This document shows, in pieces, positions 14,016-24,230 of a DNA stretch of 64,000 bases. A program made the translations under genes and the position numbers. Origin of the DNA: Antedon mediterranea. Lineage: Eukaryota > Animalia > Echinodermata. The stretch is from assembly GCF_964355755.1 (NCBI RefSeq), contig NC_092673.1:22255648-22319647 (forward strand). Reading direction: 5' to 3'. The notes beneath the pieces are model-generated. The model saw only the letters and a program-made list of their open reading frames with translations. It ran no database searches and was not told the DNA's origin. How positions within the stretch are numbered: position 1 is the stretch's first letter; each line of letters opens with the position of its first letter.

Positions 14016-15357
14016 ATGGACCAATGGCTTACAGCAGGGGTAGTTCACATGGTGCTTGCTTCGGACACAATCATTTGTAAAGTAACAGTGCTGAAAAGCT
14101 TGCCTAATCTCTATGACATGGTAGAGAGATATTCTTGAAAATCATTGCGAGTCCACATTTTTTTTTCTAAAATTGTAATCATTAATCATTAAATTCTGGA
14201 CAGTCCTATATTTGTAGTAAACAATTCAGATGCTATTTTTGTGTTTTGCATAAGTTTGTCTGAAAGTATTAGTATGATTTTTCATAGAAGTACCAGAAAA
14301 CTATGTTGTTTTGAATAAATATTGAGGAAATCTTCACTACTTCGTCTTCCTTTTCTGTGTATTACTCTTGTGGCTCAAGTAATTGTTATTAATATTAGTC
14401 AGATGTTTACCCAACTCTGACGTAACTGTACTTTTTGCTAAGTATATATTCTTGATTATATTTATACTTGCTATTATTTTTTTTTATTTTTTAACCGGTT
14501 TTGTTTGTATATATCATTGTAGCATATGTAAAACAATCATTGCTTTAAATTATAAAAAATGCTTAGCAAAAAGAGTCATGTTAACTTTTATTGAAGTTGA
14601 ATTTTGATAATCAGTTTTCAAAATTAAAACCTAAGCAAATATTTTTAGAATTTTTTCTCAATTTATAGTAGTCTATAAGATAAGACCGCAATTAATGAAT
14701 ACAATCTTTTTACTTTTTAAATGTATATACTATATATATCTTGACTACAAAAAGATTGATAAATCCCTGACTATACCGCTCCTTCAAGTGAAAGTACCAC
14801 CACATTATTTTGTGACGCCTACAAATTTGGGTAAATTATTGTAACACTCTGGCCACCCAGTAAATGAGAACACAACAAGAAAAGAAAAACATTGCGGGAA
14901 AAGTCAATCTCAAAAAGGGATAGCGAGTGTCCGTAAAAGAGAGATTAAAGATTACTTTTAGAGTTGTTGATAGTGTTTTTAACATGCAAGTCTACACAAA
15001 AATGCATTTGAAGCTTCTAATTGTCCTTTACTGGATAAGTAAAGTAGTTAGTTGAGCCTAGCCTAGACAAATATAAAAATAGGCTAGGCCTAGGCTAGTT
15101 AGAGGTCTAAAAGTTAAAGGCCCTATCCTATAAAATGGGCCCTCTCAGCTCTGGGGAATCTAGGCCTTGGGCCTACTAGCTAGGCTTAAAAAGAGGCAAA
15201 CTAATTAGGCCTAGCTACAAAAAGTAGACTAGGCTATGTGTATATAGGCAGGTAAGGTATGTATAGCTTAGGCTGCAACTTCTGCAGAAGCAGTCCACAG
15301 TGCAGCAGAGAGGAATTTGTTTTTTTAACATTCATTTTTAATTTTATGAAACAGAAA

Positions 15358-17200
15358 ATGGCAGAAAGACCTGAAGATCTGAATCTTCCATTGACAGTTA
15401 TTAGCAAAATAATGAAAGGAGCGGTAAGTTACAAAAATTGTTGGATCATAGTTGGTATGTATTGATGTTGTTGCACCACCATCCATGTGACTTCTCGCTT
15501 AATTAAGAAATGTCTTTCCTGTCAACAATAGTTTGCCATAATTATAAATTTATTTCTAAACAATTATAGTCATGGTCACATACCAGGAATGATGTCCAGT
15601 AAGAAAAGAAACCAATAATTAATCAAATATGTTTGTAAATTTTGGTGGTTCACCTTTGGGGCACATTTTCATAACCTTGCATTTAAATTAATACATCATT
15701 GTATACAATTTCTGTGGAATTTTTGTATCATTTATAGGTACCTGAAGGTGTTAGTGTATCTAAAGAAGCTAGAAGTGCTGTGTCCAGGGCAGCCAGTGTG
15801 TTTGTTTTATATGCTACATCATGGTATCCTTTCACACATGTTCATAATCATATTGAACACATTTTGTTACTTTTTGTTTCTGAACATAAAATTAATGGTT
15901 AGGTATTTATAAATTGCAAAAAACGCTGTGAAAAGTAAGTGAAGATGTTCAAGGAAAAGAGAGAAAGTGGAAGCCCATGCTAGCACCCAAAATGATGATA
16001 CTTCCTTGTAAAGTTAGCGGGACGATTCAGCCCTGAGAAGATTCGGCTCTGGGATGATTCGGCCTAGGACAATTAGGTCCTGAGACGATTTGGTCCACGT
16101 TTATATTTTATCAGCTTTGATATTTTATAAGCAGAATTTTTTTTTCCACAGAGACTATAGGGTAGCAATTTATTTTTGGAAATACCAATAAAATATGTTA
16201 TTAAATGATAGTTCAAAGACCTTTAAAAACTTTATAAATACCCAAAAAATGTATATTAACAATCAATGGTTTTGACTAAAGTGAGACGTTTCAGCCCAAG
16301 AGTACCAAATCGTCCTCGTGAGCAGGCATTTCATATTAGTGTTAATTAAAAAGATTGTAGAGGCAAGTGTGTTGCTAGTCATTACGGCTAATACTAGTAA
16401 TGTTGAATGTGGAATTCCTCAGGCCTGAATACTGCATCTTTTTCTATTCTTAACATACTCTAATTTAGTGCCAACAACTATGCATTGAAGGCAAAACGAA
16501 AAACAATGAATGCGTCTGATGTATTTGCTGCTATGAAGGACATGGAATTTGATGAGTTTCTTGAACCTTTACAGCAGAGCTTAGAAGGTTTGTTCAGCAG
16601 ATAGCTCCATTACCATCCATAATGATAATGATTTAGTTTTTCAACTGTACTAAAAAAGCAGGTGTACTTGCATTAACAATATTCACAGCATGCAGTAGCC
16701 TAAATTCAGTGTACTGTACTGCCTACTCAGCACTTAATTCCTGCACAATTACTGTACCATCACATGCTCTTTCCTTTTCAATTTTATGATTTAACTACTA
16801 AACTACAGATATGGAGTCAAAAAATCATTCTGTGTTTGAATGCTTAGAAAAATATGAACAAGTGCAGAATGGCTGTAAGACTAGTTTCCGTTTTATATTT
16901 TATTAATATTGCTAATTTGCTGGGAATTTTATAGTTTCTATGATTTCCTGTAAAACTTAAACGTACTATTATATGGCAACAATGTACATTTTCATTTTAC
17001 CAGATTTCAAGAAAGAACAACAAGGTAAAAAGGTAGCTTCAGAAAAACGAAAGAAAAGTAAAACGGACTTAGAAAAATCGCAAGAGGAAGCCGGTGAGGA
17101 GGATGGCAATGAAAGTAAAGAGGCTGACGAAGAGGATGATGATGATGAGGAAGCAAGTGAAGAAAAGGTAGAAGAAACAAGGCCTGAGGAAAAGTCCTGA
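15358..17200 (+). CDS. POLE3: DNA polymerase epsilon subunit 3 / CHRAC17 (histone-fold protein), 4 coding exons
   Basis: Exons 15358-15423, 15738-15823, 16469-16587, 17004-17200 give [52 protein letters not shown]..acidic tail, closely matching POLE3. Confidence 0.95.
15824..16468 (+). other. U12-type (minor spliceosome) GT-AG intron in POLE3
   Basis: 5' splice site GTATCCTTT at 15824; branch point TTCTTAAC at 16447-16454, ~14 nt before the AG at 16467-16468; no long pyrimidine tract; reading frame is maintained across it. Confidence 0.9.
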
Positions 17201-18602
17201 AACTAGGTCTTATGTTTAATGGGATGTTGCACTCAAATGTTTCCTTTAATTTTTTTCAAATGCATATATGGATGCTTGGAAGTGAACTGTCTTCAACTCC
17301 AATAAAATAAGACCAGAGATTACCCATATATGGTTCTTGTCAACATCTCTCAAAAACATTTTTGGTAGACACAAGATTTTAATCACCTGCACAAATGTCA
17401 AGGTTAAAAGGTCATAAATATGTGGCAACCTAGCTATTCTTAGACCCCCTACATTATGCAAAGGACATTTCTTGAGAAACTTGTTGATGTGATGGTTCTA
17501 TTTCCCATTGCCTAATGTGTAACATAAGCAATATTTGTAATATATCTTAATTAAAGGTAGATTAACCAACCATCATTAATTTGTGGGCAAAATCTGTATC
17601 TATCCCAAGCGGAAACATCCCATCTACTTCGCATTTTGTGTAAATGGTCATAAGAAATAACATAGATTCTATATTTTTATTACTGTTACCTTCGTCTGTG
17701 TACATTGGCCTAGTATATAGGGTATGTAATTGTAACTGTTGTTGTATGGTGTGCTATAATTGCTTCCACTAACTAGCCATATACTGTAACATTGTTTGTA
17801 TGCCCTTAAGTAATATGTACAGAGTATTAGGAAGATTGGACTGGAGCTCAAAGAGTGTTCGATTTGTATGAATATATTCGACAGGCTTGTACCTGAACAG
17901 AAGCATACACAGTGATGTTGCAATGCAATATTTAACTACTGTATTTATATTCCAAAATAAACATCAACCTTAATTTGATTACATTCCTTTACTACATTGT
18001 CATTCTGTAAACGATTTTTACAGTATTAGCAATTTGTACAGTAATAAAACATTAAGAGTATATTATGCTTCATTTGCTGTGTATAGTATTGGTGTTACAA
18101 TCTGTCCTCAAAACACAACATCCCATTTAAAAGAGCCACAACAATGGAACGATGAGTCTTGAGTAACATATTAGACAACTTTTGTAGACCTAGTCAATTT
18201 GGAGATATTTGTGGACTCAAACCCACAACTTCAGAGGTCCAGTCCATACCATGTAGTAATCGTCGTAGGGGACATTTTCCAGGTGGTATTCATCCTAGTA
18301 ACTGTCTGGGTAGTAGTTATACTAGCGTTAAATGTCCGTATGGTATATTGTATATAAGAATTCTAGTTATCCTAGGGGGTAGTTGTCCTAGGGTTAACAT
18401 TTTAAGTTTATGGAAAAAAAACAGACAAAACTTATTCAGATCCAATTAGTTTCAATAGTACAAGTTACTTTATTTCAATGACACACTTGTTTTTTTAATG
18501 GACAATCATTAATAAACAGAGTTGGTTACTTTTATAAATAATTTCCACTTTATTCTATTGATGGTGTTCAATATAATTGAATTTAGTTGATATAGAGCCA
18601 AT

Positions 18603-21600
18603 TTATTCGATGTTGTTAGCCCGCTTGAATGATGCTTTCTTTTGTCGTACTCGGTCGGTGCGTTGTTGCTTGGACAGCTTTGCACGGGTCCATCTACATA
18701 ACAAAAAAAATAAAATTTAATGACAATTTTAAACGAAATGAGACAAGAACATCAGCAACTAAGGTAATAAATATGTTAAGTATTTTTCAGACGCCAAGTT
18801 ATAATCAAAGGAGTTCATCCGGTAATTCCAGCATTTACTTGGCTTAATCATCACAAAATAAAAACAAATTCAACACAATTCTTTCTTTAGCATCATAAAT
18901 TACTTCAATTAATTGGAGCACATATCTCATAGCAGGATTAAAAGATCTATGTTTTGGATTCCTTGGAAGATTAGCATGCAGGAACAATGATTATGAATTA
19001 AAGACCCGATAAGAATATTTTAACTATTTCTACATCTAACTGATGTACAATATTAAAACAGAGAGACTGTTATTACCAAGTCTTTGCATTGGTCTCCCAA
19101 TACTTTCAGCCACCTAAGCTTAAAATTAACTTATCCGGCTTTACTGACCATCGTCCTTACCATTGCTTAGATGGACTATTGTTTGTCTTTGATACGGTGG
19201 TAAATTGCTGTGACCTTTGCATTTAATTGGGTTGTAGTATTTTCATAACTATTTACTTACCGTTTTTGTTTGTCTGGCTTTGGCTTGGCAGTGGATACAT
19301 GAACAGGATCAGAGCGGATGGAAGCATGCGCCTTCTTGTACATTTCTTCCATCTATTTAAAATAACAATGTAATAACAATGTATATCCATTCCCATATAC
19401 TTTAAAATTTATTTATGATTACAGAAACTTTGTTTTTCACTAAAAGTTGATTTTATCCAGGTTGGTCTTACAATTTGCCAAAATACCTTAAATTCAATTT
19501 CAACCAATTAACGCTAAAAATTAAGTTAGCTCAGTAGTCATTATACAATCACAGTATATTTCTTAATTTAAAAACACTTTAAATTTTTTCAGACGCCACT
19601 TGAACATCAGGGTGTTTCAGCCGGTAATTCCAGCGTTTAAATGGCTTAATCATCATCAAAAACCTATAAAGAATACCACTGTGATAATGCAATAGCCAAA
19701 CATGTATTGAAACAAGTATTTAATGAAACCTGAACACTGTTATGTTTCATGTTTAAACTATAAACAATGTCTACCCTACTTCTGTCTGAGCCACACATTC
19801 CATTTGTCGAAATTCTATTTCTAATTATACACACATTTTACTTACCGAATCAGCTGAAACGCCAAGCTTGATGAAACGAGAGAACTGGCGTTTGTAAGCA
19901 TCTTCATCTTCCTCCTCCAAAGATTTCATGTAGTCTGATACATGACCGCCAAAGATGTGCTTGCGGTGTACATCCGCGTTGAATTCACCGCTTTCTTGGT
20001 CATAACCGGGGAAACGCTTGTTGCTATAAATATACATGCAAATTGTTATATTAGTCAAAACCAATAATTCGCAAAACACAGAAGGTCTGAAAGGTATTGC
20101 CATTCAGAAAGGGTTAGGAAAGCATTACCAATATATAAAGCAGTACAAAAGACTTGTGATGCAGTTTTTTCAGACGCCACGTGATCATCAAAACATTTCA
20201 GCCGGTAATTCCAGCATTTACATGGCTTAATCATCATGAAATACTTTAAAAATTGATGGAGGTTTAGCTTAGCAAAGTCTAGCAAACCCACCGTCTTGGT
20301 TCAAATCCTATCTGGTATCTCAATATCCACCCCAAAAGACATGTAACATGTTTTGTGTATATCCTATTAACAGATAACACCTTTTGGAATTGGTAATAAA
20401 GTTTGTTATTGGCAATATGCCTATATAACCAATAATCTACCTGTATGGGATATCCAGTCCACCGTCTACAGCTCCCTTTAGAGCTCCAAAGACACGAGCT
20501 CCAGTGGTTGTTCTGGCCAGACCAACGTCAAGGAAGCAGCGGAAAGCACCTGGTTGTCCCTCCTCACTGTCTACGTAATAGTCCTCTCCAGTTACTTCAT
20601 CTACCCCTTTGTAAATCTCGTCCAGCTTAAATTTATTGAGGATCTGCAAAATCAAATTTAATATTGTTTGATTTCATGCCGGATAACTGTATATTGGGAA
20701 CTACTACTATTGGGAACAGCCTACCCTAAATCGCGTTACAAAATATTCAATTTCCCAAATAATGCGAATTCTGTAGATAGTATTTTCTATCCATATTTTC
20801 AAATGCTAAAACCTTACATGTGTTTCTTATATACATAGAGGTACTCCAATTTTCTGTCAAATTTGTGGTGTGACCTGTACAAACATTAGTTGACTTTACA
20901 TGAAAGTTTTTCCTTAATTGAAATGTTTGTTTTTCAGACGCCACTTGAACATCATGATGTTTCAGCCGGTAATTCCAGCGTTTAAATGGCTTAATCATCA
21001 TCAAAACCTTATAAAAGAATACTACTGTTTTACAGTAGAATTTTGTTGATAAGACAAACATGGTTTAAAATACACACTATTTTAATAAATTAAAGCATTT
21101 GCTTTATGCTTGGATCATTGATAAGTTTGTGATAATGATAATTTACCCTTCTTGCAATGAGAAGTCCTGTGCAATAAGCTGCAGCATAGTTGGTCAACCC
21201 GACCTTGATGCCATACTTGGGTAGTTCATGTGAATAAGCTGATGCTATAATAATGTCTCCCACAATTCTGGCATACGCTATCTGGAAATGAAAAAAAAAA
21301 GAACCTTGTTGAAAAGTGTTCTGCCAGTTAAAAAGTATCATCCTCTATTTGTGGAATTTTTTTCAGACGCCACGTTATCATCAAAATATTTCAGCCGGTA
21401 ATTCCAGCATTTACATGGCTTAGTCATCACAAAATAAATGGTTGGTATGGCTATACATTGAGTATTGCTGCACAAACACCCAAAATCCCTACAGTATCTC
21501 ATTCACTCTCAACTCTACACTCTTTACAGCTCTGAATAATATACTTCAGTAGTGGTAAAGGCGTATTCACTTATTACACTTATATCACTCACAGTAATTA

Positions 21601-23037
21601 TTTTAAGAATTCTCCTTAATTGGGTAACATTTAGAGAATTTTTAAATTATGGTGAAATGGTATGGGTTTTTTTCCTGCTGTCCAAGAAAATTATTATTAA
21701 TATGGCCACAGACATAGTACCAAATGACAGTACAAATAAGCTGTAATGTTACCTGACATGTGATATCTTTGTTGGTGAATCGCACGATCAAACGATATTT
21801 AGGGGTGTTGTACTTGTTCTTGTCTTGAATAACCAAGCGTTTGCGAGCATAATAATCAGTTTTTCCTTGTCGTCTACGCTTGAATTTCACTTGATACCTC
21901 TTGAAATAGGCCTTATTCTTCACCACTTTTACAAACCCCTAAAAAACGAACGTATATACTTATAAACTCAATATCAATTTCATATAAATATGGCAAAGGG
22001 GAACTACAGCAAGAATATAACATTACATAATCCAAGTTGTTTTCAGACGCCACGTTATCATCAAAATGTTTCAGCCGGTAATTCCAGCATTTACATGGCT
22101 TAATCATCATGAACAATTGTTGAATTACGATATCAAATGTGTATGACCTAGCCATACGCCATTTTCACGATATGGAATGGAAGACATCTTCGATTGAATT
22201 GGTGGTAGTTCACTTTCGCACCTGTCTCAACTCAAAATTTGTTAAATAACTATCATGAATACCACACCATGATAGAATTAGGCCACGTAATCACTTTTAT
22301 GAAGGTCTGATCAATAAAAAAGAAACAAATAAATCCTTTCAATTGATGATTTTATAGACATGTTACTCGCACACTGTTCGCATACTCCGTTTTGAAGTGG
22401 TTGAACGTTTTCGTTTCTACAGAGCGCAAAAAGAGGTACTATATAATCACAATGTTACACCCACCGGGACCAGGGAAGTGTAAACCAACACTAACAGAAA
22501 TAACACAGCAGGTTTTATCAGTCACCATAAACTCATGGTACCCCCTTTAATCACCATCAATATCTTTTCAGTTGGGTAGCAATTGGGAAGAGAAATTTGG
22601 CAAATATGCACTGTATGCTACAGTCAACCTGGATGAGGTGGCGCTATAACAAATTTATATAGGATTCCATCCTGTTCTACTAATTAAAGTCCCAAACAAA
22701 ATCATAAAATATTTCTTTCTGCAATTATTGCATCATTTTTATTTGCACAAACATGTCAATTAAACATTGGGAAAATATCCTTTTACGCCGTACATTCGGT
22801 TCAACGCTGTCTTATGTCGATAGAGGTAACTCTCGGCACACGTTTGAACATATTACATAGCCTTCCTACATTTAGCAATTCATTAACAGTGAATACCAGG
22901 CTTAGGATCAATAGGGAAATCTATCCTTAAAATTCCGTTTAATCTCGCACCGAATTGCGTATTCCACATTGAGATAGACTAAACTATATATTTAATCAAT
23001 AGTACGTGTTGTTATTTTTTACATTTAATCTTACCAT
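18603..23037 (-). CDS. RPL5: 60S ribosomal protein L5 (uL18), 7 exons
   Basis: Exons 23037-23035 (ATG), 21938-21753, 21281-21147, 20643-20441, 20023-19846, 19352-19261, 18693-18603: [64 protein letters not shown]. Confidence 0.98.
18782..18860 (-). ncRNA. SNORD65: C/D box snoRNA, SNORD65/snR77-like, RPL5 intron 6
   Basis: C box GTGATGA, guide GCTGGAATTACCG, variant D' ATGA, D box CTGA, terminal TATTTT/AAAATA stem. Confidence 0.8.
19585..19660 (-). ncRNA. SNORD65: C/D box snoRNA, SNORD65/snR77-like, RPL5 intron 5
   Basis: ATGATGA..GCTGGAATTACCGG-CTGA..TGATGT..GTGGCGT-CTGA; the guide is antisense to 18S CGGUAAUUCCAGC. Confidence 0.85.
20166..20241 (-). ncRNA. SNORD65: C/D box snoRNA, SNORD65/snR77-like, RPL5 intron 4
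   Basis: C box ATGATGA, 18S guide plus D' CTGA, C' TGATGA, D box CTGA. Confidence 0.85.
20930..21005 (-). ncRNA. SNORD65: C/D box snoRNA, SNORD65/snR77-like, RPL5 intron 3
   Basis: Same boxes and guide; nearly identical to the intron-5 copy. Confidence 0.85.
21359..21434 (-). ncRNA. SNORD65: C/D box snoRNA, SNORD65/snR77-like, RPL5 intron 2
   Basis: C box GTGATGA, guide plus D' CTGA, C' TGATGA, D box CTGA; ~80 nt from the 3' splice site. Confidence 0.85.
22039..22114 (-). ncRNA. SNORD65: C/D box snoRNA, SNORD65/snR77-like, RPL5 intron 1
   Basis: C box ATGATGA, guide plus D' CTGA, C' TGATGA, D box CTGA; ~100 nt from the 3' splice site. Confidence 0.85.
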
Positions 23038-23102
23038 TGTGAGATTTTCTGGGTTTATTCCCAGTGAATATAGATAGCATCGGCTGGGGGCTGAGCCACA
23101 TC

Positions 23103-23110
23103 GGAAAAGA
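23103..23110 (-). promoter_or_regulatory. TCT / 5'TOP initiator of RPL5
   Basis: Minus strand TCTTTTCC ~70 nt upstream of the ATG fits the YC(+1)TYTYY ribosomal-protein initiator. Confidence 0.7.
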
Positions 23111-24230
23111 CATGGTAGACGTGAACAATAAATCATGTTAGTTTATTCATAAAACATATTTTCAATTAATAAAAACTTGTATCTAGTTAGTAAATAAAAA
23201 TATATTAAAACCAATTGTAAATTTTAAAGATATTATTTGTGATAATATATTTATGTTAGACCATTTTATGATGATTTTATATAGTTTACAATTTTTTGAC
23301 CTTTAAACCCAAAACTGATACAAGGTTATTTTTTTGGTGGCATGGATTGAAGAAGAAAGAGAGAGGGCGGTTTGTTTGAATTTATTTTGTAAACAACAAT
23401 TATTATCGCACTTACCTAATAAGTCTTCTAATTTAAATTATTACTGAAATTAATGGCAGGTAGGCCTAAATCACCATATTGTGTTTGTTAAATTGCATTT
23501 AGGCATTAACTAGCCTTGTGATTTATTCAATAAAATACCAGCATTAGTGAATAAAAACATTATTTGGCTAGCTAGGCCTAGCGGCTATATTCTAGCCTAC
23601 TATAGGGCCTACTTAGAGTACTACGGAATCCCCTACTACTACTACTACTAGGGGCCCAGGCAGGCTATCTAGCTAGCAGGCTAGGGCCCGGAAGTAGCCT
23701 AGTTTTAGTAGAAGGGCAGGCCTCTAATATCCCGTCTAGACTAGCAAGCTATTGTAGGCCTAGCCAGTAGCCTAGTATTAGCTAGTACTAGGTAGACCTA
23801 GTGTTGCTAATAATAATAATAATATTACCATTACTAGTGTTAAAGTTAGGTGAAAAAGTAGAAGAATAATATAATGTCTTAACTATGCACTACACTACTC
23901 ACACTGTTTGGTGTGAAATTGACTTGTTTTGTACCTGCTGTATGTGCCCTATCTCTACAATCAATATGATACTCTCCTAACAGCAATTAAATATCATTTG
24001 AAAATAATTTTAATCTTACTTACCAAACACGGAAAAGGTTTAATAATGAAGTGGCATTTATATTTTAGCACAGTGTGGAATTCAAAAGTTGTGTTTTATG
24101 TCTAGTGTTAGTATATAGGATCTTGAGAAAAGAAAATGTGAAGAATCTACTACACCAAGCAAAGAAAGTTCTCTAAATTTTAACATGACCTCTATTTGTG
24201 TTTGTCACATTTTAGGAAAATAAACCAGTT

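Noticed and set aside
18782-22114. 18S rRNA fragments (GGTAATTCCAGC on the + strand)
   Set aside because: Only ~13-nt matches framed by C/D boxes on the minus strand: these are snoRNA guides, not rDNA.
23453-23459. ATG GCA G as a coding first exon of CCDC18
   Set aside because: Phase 1 does not fit the phase-0 exon at 24216, so the ATG at 24231 is preferred.
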